Below are positions 1 to 10,388 of a stretch of 32,000 nucleotides of DNA, in pieces. The stretch comes from Vibrio alginolyticus NBRC 15630 = ATCC 17749 (lineage in GTDB: Bacteria; Pseudomonadota; Gammaproteobacteria; Enterobacterales; Vibrionaceae). The DNA lies in NCBI RefSeq assembly GCF_000354175.2, contig NC_022349.1, forward strand, positions 1,350,001 to 1,382,000. The letters are read 5' to 3'. The stretch's first letter is position 1, and each line of letters opens with the position of its first letter. Made by a program: the position numbers and the translations under genes. Under the pieces are notes generated by a model. The model did not search any database and was not told the origin of the DNA. It saw only the letters and a list, made by a program, of their open reading frames with translations.

Positions 1-1751
1 TGATTGCCGTTTTCTACTTTGCCTTTACTTATACCGGAGACGGTCAACCTGTCGTCGAAAAAGAATCGGCATTGGTGATGAACCTTTCAGGCCCAATTGT
101 CGAACAAAGACGTTATGTAAACCCAATGGACTCTTTTGCTGGTTCCCTTTTGGGTAATGAGTTACCGAAAGAAAACGTCCTTTTCGATATCGTTGATACT
201 ATTCGCTACGCGAAAGACGATCCTAAAGTATCTGGATTAGTGCTAGCACTGCGAGACATGCCAGAAACAAATCTCACGAAACTACGTTACATCGCGAAAG
301 CGTTGAACGAATTTAAAGCGTCAGGCAAACCCGTTTACGCCGTAGGTGATTTCTACAACCAAAGCCAATATTACTTGGCAAGTTACGCCGATAAAGTTTA
401 TCTGGCACCTGATGGTGGTGTATTGATTAAAGGTTACAGCGCTTACTCAATGTACTACAAAACGTTACTTGAAAAGCTTGACGTTTCTACTCATGTTTTT
501 CGCGTAGGTACTTATAAATCCGCTATCGAACCGTTTATTCGTGATGACATGTCCGATGCGGCGAAAGAGTCAGCAACACGTTGGGTTACTCAATTATGGA
601 GTGCTTTTGTTGATGACGTAACAACAAACCGAAACATTGATGCGAAAGTGCTTAATCCAACCATGGATGAGCTGATTAACGAGATGAAGTCTGTAAATGG
701 CGATATTGCTCAGCTCGCAGTCAAATTGGGGCTAGTGGATGAACTTGCGACACGCCAAGACATTCGCACTCTATTCGCAAAACAGTTTGGTAGCGACGGC
801 AAAGACAGCTACAACGCGATTGGTTACTACGACTACCTTGCAACGATTCGTCCCGATTACACACTACCTCAGCACGACATCGCCGTTGTTCTAGCCAGTG
901 GCGCGATTATGGACGGTCAACAACCTCGCGGAACTGTTGGTGGTGACACAGTCGCAAGCTTGCTGCGTCAAGCACGCAATGATGAAAAAGTGAAAGCGGT
1001 CGTATTACGAGTAGATAGTCCAGGAGGCAGTGCCTTTGCTTCTGAAGTGATTCGTAACGAAGTAGAAGCTCTGAAGCAAGCAGGTAAGCCGGTTGTTGTA
1101 TCCATGTCGAGTTTGGCTGCTTCTGGTGGTTATTGGATTTCAATGAGCGCAGACAAAATCGTTGCTCAGCCAACAACCCTGACGGGCTCCATTGGTATAT
1201 TTAGTGTCATCACCACGTTTGAAAAAGGCTTTAGCAAGTTAGGTATTAACACTGATGGCGTTGGCACATCGCCGTTCTCAGGTGACGGTATTACCACTGG
1301 CCTTTCTGAGGGCGCGTCTCAAGTGTTCCAATTAGGTATCGAACACGGTTACAAGCGCTTTATTTCTCTAGTTGGCGAGAATCGCGATATGTCTCTAGAG
1401 GAAGTTGACAAAGTTGCTCAAGGTCGAGTTTGGACTGGCCAAGATGCACTATCCTTTGGTCTTGTCGATCAAATGGGTGACTTTGATGATGCTGTAGAGC
1501 TAGCGGCGAAACTAGCGAACGTGACCGATTATGGCATTTACTGGGTAGAAGAGCCTCTTTCACCTACTGAACTATTTCTACAAGAGTTTATGAAACAGGT
1601 GAAAGTCTCTCTAGGTATTGATGCAACAAGCTTGCTACCAAAAAGTCTTCAACCCCTAGCTCAACAATTCGAACAAGACGCAAGCTTGCTCCAAAGCTTC
1701 AACGATCCTAAAGGTCAATACGCATTTTGTTTGAACTGCCAAGTGCAGTAG
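1..1751 (+). CDS. sppA: Signal peptide peptidase SppA (protease IV); 5' end cut by window edge
   Basis: Reading frame is open from base 3 (IAVFYFAFTYTGDGQPVVEKESALVMNLSG...), so the TTG at 72 in the ORF track is internal. Two S49/ClpP-like halves; second half has SPGGSAFASE and SLAASGGYW motifs typical of SppA. Followed by ansA as in E. coli. Confidence 0.93.
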   Translation, partial: IAVFYFAFTYTGDGQPVVEKESALVMNLSGPIVEQRRYVNPMDSFAGSLLGNELPKENVLFDIVDTIRYAKDDPKVSGLVLALRDMPETNLTKLRYIAKALNEFKASGKPVYAVGDFYNQSQYYLASYADKVYLAPDGGVLIKGYSAYSMYYKTLLEKLDVSTHVFRVGTYKSAIEPFIRDDMSDAAKESATRWVTQLWSAFVDDVTTNRNIDAKVLNPTMDELINEMKSVNGDIAQLAVKLGLVDELATRQDIRTLFAKQFGSDGKDSYNAIGYYDYLATIRPDYTLPQHDIAVVLASGAIMDGQQPRGTVGGDTVASLLRQARNDEKVKAVVLRVDSPGGSAFASEVIRNEVEALKQAGKPVVVSMSSLAASGGYWISMSADKIVAQPTTLTGSIGIFSVITTFEKGFSKLGINTDGVGTSPFSGDGITTGLSEGASQVFQLGIEHGYKRFISLVGENRDMSLEEVDKVAQGRVWTGQDALSFGLVDQMGDFDDAVELAAKLANVTDYGIYWVEEPLSPTELFLQEFMKQVKVSLGIDATSLLPKSLQPLAQQFEQDASLLQSFNDPKGQYAFCLNCQVQ

Positions 1752-1772
1752 TTTTTCCATCAATATTACAAA

Positions 1773-1800
1773 GGGCACTTCTACTTGAAGTGCCCTTTTT
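1773..1800 (+). terminator. Intrinsic terminator after sppA
   Basis: GGGCACTTC-tactt-GAAGTGCCC perfect 9-bp stem followed by TTTTT, 22 nt after the sppA stop. Confidence 0.85.
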
Positions 1801-1915
1801 ATTAGGCTTTGCATCTCCTCAGATGACTTTCTGATGCTGTGCGTATAGCCTCGCATCTCAAGGTTATTTAGGTATATAATCCCCGCCTCTGTTCCCCTAC
1901 ACGAAAGAAAAAACG

Positions 1916-2929
1916 ATGACTAGAAAACACATCTACATCGCTTACACCGGTGGTACCATCGGAATGCAAAAATCCGACCACGGCTATGTGCCTGTTGCTG
2001 GCTTTATGGAAAAGCAATTAGCAAGCATGCCAGAATTCCATCGTCCTGAAATGCCGGATTACACCATCCACGAATACGACCCTCTGATTGACTCATCAGA
2101 TATGACACCTGCTGACTGGCAGCAGATTGCGAATGATATTCGTGACAACTATGACAAATACGATGGTTTCGTTATCCTACATGGTACTGACACCATGGCG
2201 TACACAGCGTCCGCATTGTCTTTCATGCTTGAAAACCTTGGTAAGCCAGTGATTGTAACGGGTTCACAAATCCCTCTCGCAGAGCTGCGTTCTGACGGCC
2301 AAGCAAACCTATTAAACGCGCTACATATTGCGGCAAACTACCCGATCAACGAAGTAACTTTGTTCTTCAATAATCAATTGATGCGTGGTAACCGCAGCAC
2401 AAAATCTCATGCAGACGGTTTTAATGCCTTTACTTCACCAAACCTTCCTCCACTATTGGAAGCTGGGATCAATATTCAAGTTAGCAACAGCGTAACCGTT
2501 GGTGCACAACCAGAAGGTGAGTTTAAGGTTCACAACATCACGCCACAACCAATCGGTGTGATCACCATGTACCCTGGTATTTCACACGAAGTTATCCGCA
2601 ACACGCTTCGTCAGCCCGTGAATGCGATGATTCTTCTGACTTTTGGTGTCGGTAATGCTCCTCAGAACCCTGAGCTGCTTGGTCACCTGAAAGAAGCCTC
2701 TGAGCGCGGCGTTATTGTCGTAAACCTAACTCAGTGTTTGGCAGGTAAAGTGAATATGGGCGGATATGCCACAGGTTGTGCGCTCGCAGACTCTGGTGTT
2801 ATCAGTGGCTTTGACATGACGCCCGAAGCGGCGCTGGCAAAACTACACTACCTTCTAAGCCAAAACCTTTCTTACGAAGAAGTAAAAGAGAGAATGCAAC
2901 AAGTACTGCGTGGTGAAATGAGCCTGTAA
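1916..2929 (+). CDS. ansA: Cytoplasmic L-asparaginase I
   Basis: 337 aa; N-terminal IYIAYTGGTIGM catalytic Thr motif and HGTDTMAYTASALS second motif of type I asparaginases; no signal peptide; position next to sppA as in E. coli. Confidence 0.95.
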   Translation: MTRKHIYIAYTGGTIGMQKSDHGYVPVAGFMEKQLASMPEFHRPEMPDYTIHEYDPLIDSSDMTPADWQQIANDIRDNYDKYDGFVILHGTDTMAYTASALSFMLENLGKPVIVTGSQIPLAELRSDGQANLLNALHIAANYPINEVTLFFNNQLMRGNRSTKSHADGFNAFTSPNLPPLLEAGINIQVSNSVTVGAQPEGEFKVHNITPQPIGVITMYPGISHEVIRNTLRQPVNAMILLTFGVGNAPQNPELLGHLKEASERGVIVVNLTQCLAGKVNMGGYATGCALADSGVISGFDMTPEAALAKLHYLLSQNLSYEEVKERMQQVLRGEMSL

Positions 2930-2950
2930 GTTCAAGCTTTCTACGATCTA

Positions 2951-2978
2951 AAAAGCCCAATACAATTTGGGCTTTTTT
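2951..2978. terminator. Bidirectional intrinsic terminator between convergent ansA and yeaC
   Basis: AAAA-GCCCAA-tacaat-TTGGGC-TTTTTT; A-run upstream and T-run downstream allow function on both strands. Confidence 0.8.
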
Positions 2979-3024
2979 CTTTCAAAATCAAAATAATAAA
3001 ATTTTGAGAAATAAGGCGTAAGGA

Positions 3025-3309
3025 TTAATCAATGTTCGGATTGACACGAACAATATCGCTCTCTTCTCCGCTGAATTGTTTTTTAAGCTCTTGTTTTGAT
3101 TTAAAACTGATTTCACCACCGGCTGCAACCGTCATATGCTGCGCATCAGTATTATGTTTTGATTGATACAACATCACAGCTTGCATACACGAATCTCGCT
3201 GCTCTTTAGAAAGTGTTGTACCCTCAGGCCATCTTCCCGTTTCTACTGCATACACTAAGCGATCATAAACTTCTGGAGTCATCGCTTGTAATAGTTGTTC
3301 TGCGTCCAT
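3025..3309 (-). CDS. yeaC: YeaC-like DUF1315 protein
   Basis: 94 aa; MTPEVYDRL...ETGRWPEG...LSKEQRDSCMQAVMLYQSKHNTDAQHMT closely parallels my memory of E. coli YeaC; sits beside msrB/gapA/yeaD as in E. coli. Confidence 0.85.
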   Translation of the reverse strand: MDAEQLLQAMTPEVYDRLVYAVETGRWPEGTTLSKEQRDSCMQAVMLYQSKHNTDAQHMTVAAGGEISFKSKQELKKQFSGEESDIVRVNPNID

Positions 3310-3410
3310 AGTGTACCTTCTTATTACATTCTATTTACAGAACATAACGGGTTAAGAAACTGAGTCAAGAATACGAAAATGAATTGGTGTAACGGATCAC
3401 AAGCAAAGCC

Positions 3411-4232
3411 ATGAAAAGAACAAACTGGTTACTTCTCAGCCTCGCATGTTTTGCGCTATCGGGCTGTTTTGAAGGTAACGTGACAACCGAAGAGTTGTGC
3501 CAAAAAACACCAGAGCTGCGTTGCGAGCAGCTCAATATGGATGACGGCCAATGTCGAATTCCAAGAACAAATTTGGTTTGGCATCGGTTTGAGCAATTGA
3601 AAAACCCATCAGAGGCCAACCAAATCATCGAATACGGTCTGGTCGCTGAATATAGGAAATGCTTAGAACTCGCCTCCCAGATCACCCCTATTGATCAAAG
3701 TGCTCTCAAAAGACAACGCTTTAATGCATTGGTACACAGTATTGATGAGCTAGAGCGCATTGTAAACGAGTTAAAAGGCTCAGAAGACCCGGCTACTTTG
3801 TATTTCTTATGGTCTCAAACGGGAGATACTCAAGCTCGGCGCGCATTTTTACAAATGGAAGGGTCTCCCCAATTAAATAATGCTGAGATGCAATATGCAT
3901 TAGCCACTTTTTATACCAACCGAGATACCAAGAAAACCCTGGAGCTTCTTAATAACGCGTTGTCTTTATCTGATGAAGACAACATCAATCCGGTCATTCT
4001 CAAGTCAATGGCAAGTATTCATCAAGGGCTTGGAGACAAAGAGCAAGCGTATCTATGGGCAATGGTCGCGAAGAGATTCGACGTACCGCTTGCTGATGAA
4101 AAGCAGCTCCAACGTATGTTCAATTTCAGTCATCCAGAGCGATATAAGCAGTTGGATGAATTAGCCGAATCGGTGGCGAAAGCCATAGAGAAAGGTATCT
4201 ATTCCCCAGCAATGATACCCAGTGAGATATAA
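3411..4232 (+). CDS. Conserved hypothetical lipoprotein (helical/TPR-like C-terminal half)
   Basis: 273 aa; signal peptide with lipobox LSGC (MKRTNWLLLSLACFALSGC); strong terminator directly after the stop. Function not recognisable from sequence. Confidence 0.75.
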   Translation: MKRTNWLLLSLACFALSGCFEGNVTTEELCQKTPELRCEQLNMDDGQCRIPRTNLVWHRFEQLKNPSEANQIIEYGLVAEYRKCLELASQITPIDQSALKRQRFNALVHSIDELERIVNELKGSEDPATLYFLWSQTGDTQARRAFLQMEGSPQLNNAEMQYALATFYTNRDTKKTLELLNNALSLSDEDNINPVILKSMASIHQGLGDKEQAYLWAMVAKRFDVPLADEKQLQRMFNFSHPERYKQLDELAESVAKAIEKGIYSPAMIPSEI

Positions 4233-4235
4233 ACG

Positions 4236-4264
4236 AAAAACTCCCGCAATGAGCGGGAGTTTTT
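4236..4264. terminator. Bidirectional intrinsic terminator between lipoprotein gene and msrB
   Basis: AAAAA-CTCCCGC-aatga-GCGGGAG-TTTTT, perfect 7-bp GC-rich stem flanked by A- and T-runs. Confidence 0.85.
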
Positions 4265-4349
4265 ATTTAAGTCGAGCGACACTCAGATCACCGTTGAGCA
4301 TGAATCATCCTGAAAGGATAAAACAATCTCGAGCACAATTTTGTCGTTA

Positions 4350-4757
4350 TTATTCTGATTTGTTGAAAATTAACGACACAGAATTAACACAAAAACGCTC
4401 TCCTGTGGTCTGTGGGCCATCTTCAAAAACGTGCCCTAGATGGCTATCACACGTTGCACAACGAATCTCTGTACGTACCATTCCGTGACTTAGATCTTCT
4501 AAATAGCGCACCGCTTGATCGTTGATAGGCGCATCAAAACTTGGCCATCCGCAGCCAGAGTCATACTTGTTATCAGAGACAAAGAGAGGGGCATTACAAC
4601 AAGTACAAGCATAAACACCAGTTTCCTTATTATGCAGTAGCTTACCGCTGAAAGGAGGTTCTGTACCTTGCTCTCGGCAAACACGGAACTCTTCATCAGA
4701 CAGTTGCTCACGCCACTGTTCATCTGACTTCGTCACTTTTTTCCCGCTTTGTTCCAC
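4350..4757 (-). CDS. msrB: Peptide-methionine (R)-S-oxide reductase MsrB
   Basis: SelR domain: two CxxC zinc pairs ([23 protein letters not shown]), GCGWPSF and catalytic RFCVNS. Start set at GTG 4757, which is preceded by AGGAG (4771-4767) and gives 135 aa (E. coli MsrB about 137 aa). The ORF-track start at 4847 is also GTG, lacks a good SD and adds 30 non-conserved residues. Confidence 0.9.
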   Translation of the reverse strand: MEQSGKKVTKSDEQWREQLSDEEFRVCREQGTEPPFSGKLLHNKETGVYACTCCNAPLFVSDNKYDSGCGWPSFDAPINDQAVRYLEDLSHGMVRTEIRCATCDSHLGHVFEDGPQTTGERFCVNSVSLIFNKSE

Positions 4758-4968
4758 GACTTTCGGCTCCTTATTTACTGTTCTTGGTATTGACTTTTTT
4801 AGCAAAAAACTTGCTTCTCTTAACAGTTGTAGCACATACTTTCTCACCAGGACACCATGCGTAATTAATTTGATAAGAGCACTTATCTCACCAGTTATAT
4901 TACGCCAACTGGGCTACAGAAGAATCAGTTAAAAGTTTAAAAAACGTACATTTGCAAAGAATTGTTAA

Positions 4969-6090
<1,122 letters not shown>

Positions 6091-6130
6091 TTAGAAAGTT
6101 AGCAATTAGCGAATAACTTCGTTAAAGAAA

Positions 6131-6155
6131 AGGCGGCTCTAGAGTCGCCTTTTTT
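6131..6155 (+). terminator. Intrinsic terminator after gapA
   Basis: AGGCGGCT-ctag-AGTCGCCT (8 bp incl. one G-U) followed by TTTTT. Confidence 0.8.
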
Positions 6156-6246
6156 GTATCTGGAATTTGAGAGAATGCAGGCTCGATGTTGCATTTAATG
6201 TGCGAAGCGCGTCTAAAAGCTCTCCCCCAGCGATAGGAAACTACAC

Positions 6247-7131
6247 ATGGATTTAAAAACTCTCCCAGCCCTAACGGTGCTATCTGATAACGTCACTATC
6301 GTTGAAGTTGATCAGATAAAAATCGTCCGCGTGATTCATGACAAAGCAACGGCAGGCATCTCGCTACACGGTGGTCATGTCGTGTCGTTCACGCCTAAAG
6401 GTCAAGAAGATCTGATCTGGATGAGCGAAAAAGCTGTCTTCGATGGTAAAGCTGCTCTTCGCGGTGGTATTCCGGTTTGTTGGCCTTGGTTTGGGCGTAT
6501 CGCTGCTCCAGCTCACGGCTTTGCCCGCACCGCAGAATGGGAGTTGGTTGAACATCGTGAGAACCATAACGGTGTGATTGTTGAACTTGCTCTGTTCCCG
6601 ACAGAAGAAATCCACGATATTTGGCCCCATATGTTTGACGCTCGTTTGGTGATTGAAGTGGGCGATGAGCTAAAAGTGACGCTCAAAGTCATGAACATTG
6701 ATGACGAGGCTTGGACCTTCTCTGGCGCATTACATACTTACCTAAACGTTGGAGACATTAAGCAAGCACAAACGACAGGCATGGGTGCCGAGTACATTGA
6801 TAGCTTGAAAGCTGATGCGGTATGCCAAGGTGGTAATGTTCTACAACTAACTGACACGATTGATCGCGTTTACACGCAACCAGAAGCGAAAATTTTGGTA
6901 AAAGACCCGGTATTGGATCGTACGCTAAGCGTACACAACCAAGGCCACAACTCAGCAGTATTATGGAACCCTTGGGCAGAAGGTGCGCAAAGCATGGGTG
7001 ACATGGCTGACGATGGTTATCAAACCATGTTGTGTGTAGAGTCTGCTGTTCATGCACCAAGTATTGAGCAAGGTCAAACGCTCCAACCAGGTGAGACACA
7101 TGAACTTGTCACTGTCATTTCAGCGCAGTAA
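6247..7131 (+). CDS. yeaD: D-hexose-6-phosphate mutarotase (aldose 1-epimerase family, YeaD)
   Basis: 294 aa, same length as E. coli YeaD; GGIPVCWPWFG and HGFAR motifs of the glucose-6-P 1-epimerase family; immediately downstream of gapA as in E. coli. Confidence 0.9.
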   Translation: MDLKTLPALTVLSDNVTIVEVDQIKIVRVIHDKATAGISLHGGHVVSFTPKGQEDLIWMSEKAVFDGKAALRGGIPVCWPWFGRIAAPAHGFARTAEWELVEHRENHNGVIVELALFPTEEIHDIWPHMFDARLVIEVGDELKVTLKVMNIDDEAWTFSGALHTYLNVGDIKQAQTTGMGAEYIDSLKADAVCQGGNVLQLTDTIDRVYTQPEAKILVKDPVLDRTLSVHNQGHNSAVLWNPWAEGAQSMGDMADDGYQTMLCVESAVHAPSIEQGQTLQPGETHELVTVISAQ

Positions 7132-7147
7132 GAATCACCATATAAAG

Positions 7148-7171
7148 GCCGGGGATACCCGGCTTTTTTTT
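7148..7171 (+). terminator. Intrinsic terminator after yeaD
   Basis: GCCGGG-gata-CCCGGC followed by eight T. Confidence 0.88.
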
Positions 7172-7330
7172 GTAATAAAAGCTCTGCTTAGATGGTCCTA
7201 TCTTTACTAACTTATTGGTTACTGGTCACTTTTGACGGTTTCATTAATAAATATCAAAAAAATTGATCATATAAACCGATAGCATACCGATACAAAACTC
7301 ATAAATAATAAAAATATCAGGAATTAGTCT

Positions 7331-9367
7331 ATGTTAGAGAGATACCGAAATCAAAGTGTCGGATTCCAGTTGAAACTGGTGATCACTTTGTGTCTATTCA
7401 TTGCTTTCAGCAGTATTGCAGCGCTTGTTTACCGCAACGCTTCCGATGTTCTATTGGAAAGCACACTGAAAGAACACCAATCTAAAGTAGAATCAATGGC
7501 AAAAACCATTGCTGGCCAATTCGATGCTTACCTGCACACCGCTAAAGTCCTCGAATCTACTTTTCGCAATGGCTACCTTGCCGGTGTCTATGTCGAAAAT
7601 TACACGGTTGACTTCATGGGACATGAAGTACCAAACATCACTCAATACAGTGAAAGCTTAATTAATGACACCAAGTTGGTCGACAGTTTCACACGTGATA
7701 CCGGCGCTATAGCAACGCTATTCGCACCATTGGGTGACGACTTTATTCGGGTGTCCACCTCCCTAAAAGATCCACAAGGTCAACGAGCGGTCGGAACCAC
7801 GCTAGGCATCAACCATCCTGGTTATCAGCAACTTAAAGCAGGACAACCGTATTACGCTCAAATTAAATTGTATGGCGAGCGCTACATTACCTACTATGCC
7901 CCAATCAAAGATGCGACAGGAAAGGTAGCAGGCCTATCGTTTATTGGCTTACCAGTAGACCAAGCGACACAAGCCTTGTTCGATGCACTCGAAGAGATAA
8001 AATGGGGCGACACTGGTTACACCATTATCGTTGATAACGACGACAACAATCTTGGTAAATACCTACTTCATCCAGCAAAAAGCGGCTCAGATTCGTCAAT
8101 ACTAGAAGTCGCCGACTACAATGGTCACAAGCCTTTTGGTCAGATTTTCGAACAATCTAGTGGATTAATTCGCTACCCTTTCGAGTACCAAGGTAACGTA
8201 GGCGAAAAGTATCTTGTCTACACAGAGGTTCCAGGTTGGAATTGGAAACTGCTAGGCGGTACGTTTATCAAAGAAGTTACAAAAGGTAGCGACACGCTTC
8301 TCACACTCATTGCCATCATTTCTTCGGTAGCGGCAATCATTACTTTTGTTGTACTGACACTTTTCTTGAATCGCAGCTTACAACCTCTCACGACTCTAAA
8401 CTCATACATGACTCGCTTAGCGGGCGGCGAAGTCAGCTTGAACATTCCAGCGTCTCGTAAAGCATCAAAGAATGAAATTACGAACCTGAGCTCGGGTGTC
8501 GCCAGTATGGCAAGTCAGCTCAATGAACTTGTTGGTAAGATCCGTTCAACAAGCGACTTAGTGGAGAGCAACTCCACCAGCGTTGCCAACGATGCACATA
8601 GCAATTTGACCCAAGCCGACCGACAACAACAAGAAGTCGAGCAAGTTGTGACAGCGATTGAAGAAATGGCCTCTTCCGCTCAATCTGTCGCACAACAAGT
8701 CGAAAGCATTGCGGAAAACGTACGCTCAGCAAATACTGATAGTCAGTCTGGTCTCGCGATTGTTGAAGGCGTATGTATCGACGTTGCTCAACTTAACGAT
8801 CAATTGGATCAATCAGCAACGGCTATCGAGCAAGTAAATCGCGATAGCGAGAGTATTCAAACCGTCACTAAAATGATTGATGAAATTGCTGAGCAAACCA
8901 ATTTACTTGCCTTGAATGCCGCCATTGAAGCAGCACGAGCAGGTGAGCAAGGCCGTGGCTTCGCTGTTGTAGCAGATGAAGTGCGCACACTTGCGCACCG
9001 AACCCAAAGCTCAGTTCAAGATGTCGTGGAAATTATCGAGAAACTAAAAGGGTCGACTCATAATGCAGTTAATATGATGACAGACAGCCAACGCAGTGCA
9101 AACCAGGTCTTGGACAAAGCACAAGACGCGGGCACAGCATTAGAAGCCATCGCAGTACAAGTGCAGTCGATAGCCTCTCAAGCCGACGCCATTGCAGCGA
9201 CTTCAGAAGAACAAGCTCAAGTTTCACAAGAAATTGCAGCAAATGCCCACTCTATCAGTGAACTTAACCGAGAAAGCCGCAACACGAGCGCAAAAACCTC
9301 GCAAAGTGCCATTGAACTTCAACAACAAGCACGAAACTTGAAAGAGCAAGTCGACTTCTTCCACTAA
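7331..9367 (+). CDS. Methyl-accepting chemotaxis protein with periplasmic Cache-type sensor
   Basis: 678 aa. Two TM segments (about res 15-35 and 320-345). Periplasmic region has a Cache-like core ([36 protein letters not shown] ... [28 protein letters not shown]). HAMP region, and the invariant signalling hairpin [45 protein letters not shown] 7 nt upstream. Confidence 0.93.
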   Translation: MLERYRNQSVGFQLKLVITLCLFIAFSSIAALVYRNASDVLLESTLKEHQSKVESMAKTIAGQFDAYLHTAKVLESTFRNGYLAGVYVENYTVDFMGHEVPNITQYSESLINDTKLVDSFTRDTGAIATLFAPLGDDFIRVSTSLKDPQGQRAVGTTLGINHPGYQQLKAGQPYYAQIKLYGERYITYYAPIKDATGKVAGLSFIGLPVDQATQALFDALEEIKWGDTGYTIIVDNDDNNLGKYLLHPAKSGSDSSILEVADYNGHKPFGQIFEQSSGLIRYPFEYQGNVGEKYLVYTEVPGWNWKLLGGTFIKEVTKGSDTLLTLIAIISSVAAIITFVVLTLFLNRSLQPLTTLNSYMTRLAGGEVSLNIPASRKASKNEITNLSSGVASMASQLNELVGKIRSTSDLVESNSTSVANDAHSNLTQADRQQQEVEQVVTAIEEMASSAQSVAQQVESIAENVRSANTDSQSGLAIVEGVCIDVAQLNDQLDQSATAIEQVNRDSESIQTVTKMIDEIAEQTNLLALNAAIEAARAGEQGRGFAVVADEVRTLAHRTQSSVQDVVEIIEKLKGSTHNAVNMMTDSQRSANQVLDKAQDAGTALEAIAVQVQSIASQADAIAATSEEQAQVSQEIAANAHSISELNRESRNTSAKTSQSAIELQQQARNLKEQVDFFH

Positions 9368-9376
9368 TACTTAATA

Positions 9377-9401
9377 AGAGCCGACCCAGTCGGCTCTTTT
9401 T
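9377..9401 (+). terminator. Intrinsic terminator after the MCP gene
   Basis: AGAGCCGAC-cca-GTCGGCTCT followed by TTTTT. Confidence 0.8.
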
Positions 9402-9463
9402 GTTTCACTTGAGACCATGCTTTTTGATAGAATTTGCCGCCCTACTTTCTGTTCGAGATCGTC

Positions 9464-10291
9464 ATGAACTATCAATGCCCTCTATGCCACCAAGCTCTAG
9501 CGTTAAATGAAAAAACGTTTAAGTGCGAAAACAATCATCAGTTTGACTTAGCAAAAGAAGGCTACGTTAACTTGATGCCAGCGCACCACAAACGTTCTAA
9601 AGATCCTGGTGACAACAAAGAGATGATGCAAGCTCGTCGTCGATTCCTTGAAGGAGATTACTACAACCCAATGCGCCAAGAAGTGGCGCAGCTGTGTGCA
9701 ACATACACTGAGGGGAGCACCCATCAATTATTAGATATTGGTTGTGGTGAAGGTTACTACACAGATCAAGTACAAAAGACGATAGAAACACAAGCGAACC
9801 ATGCCACGATTTATGGCTTAGACATTTCCAAAGTTGCCATTCGTTACGCGGCGAAGCGTTACACGCACTGCAACTTTAGTGTGGCTTCTAGTCACCGACT
9901 TCCCTTCGCAAATGAATCCTTAGATGCCATTTTGCGCATTTATGCCCCGTGTAAAGCTGAGGAGCTGCAGCGCGTTGTAAAAAACGACGGCGTTGTTGTC
10001 ACGGTTACTCCTGCTAGCCGCCACTTATACCAACTGCGTGAGCGCATTTATCAAGAAGTTCGTCTTCACAATGAAGAACCAGAACATATTGAAGGGTTTG
10101 AATTAGAGCACCAGCAGCATCTTAACTATGTTATGGACTTGAAAAACGGAGCCGCAATCGATTTATTGCAAATGACGCCATTCGCATGGAAAGCAACCGA
10201 TGCTCTTCGTGAAGAGTTGAAATCCGCTACACTTTTCCAATGTGAGGCTGATTTTATGTTGCGTGTATATCGCAAAAAAACACTCAATTAA
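9464..10291 (+). CDS. rlmA: 23S rRNA (guanine745-N1)-methyltransferase RlmA
   Basis: Start at ATG 9464 (MNYQCPLCHQ...). N-terminal zinc ribbon CPLC...C.NNH, SAM motif LDIGCGEGYY and C-terminal TPFAW motif, as I recall for RlmA(I). ORF-track TTG at 9434 adds 10 residues with no support. Confidence 0.88.
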   Translation: MNYQCPLCHQALALNEKTFKCENNHQFDLAKEGYVNLMPAHHKRSKDPGDNKEMMQARRRFLEGDYYNPMRQEVAQLCATYTEGSTHQLLDIGCGEGYYTDQVQKTIETQANHATIYGLDISKVAIRYAAKRYTHCNFSVASSHRLPFANESLDAILRIYAPCKAEELQRVVKNDGVVVTVTPASRHLYQLRERIYQEVRLHNEEPEHIEGFELEHQQHLNYVMDLKNGAAIDLLQMTPFAWKATDALREELKSATLFQCEADFMLRVYRKKTLN

Positions 10292-10388
10292 TAAGTCAAA
10301 AAAACAACAAACGCAAATAGTTATCATTTATATTGATTCATTGCTCAGCCTCCATTAATATCATCCGGACATTTTTGGAGGCTTTTCA

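Noticed and set aside
3365-3685. 106-aa minus-strand ORF overlapping the lipoprotein gene start
   Set aside because: It is antisense to a gene with a clear lipoprotein signal peptide. The translation is Ser/Leu/Cys-rich with no features.
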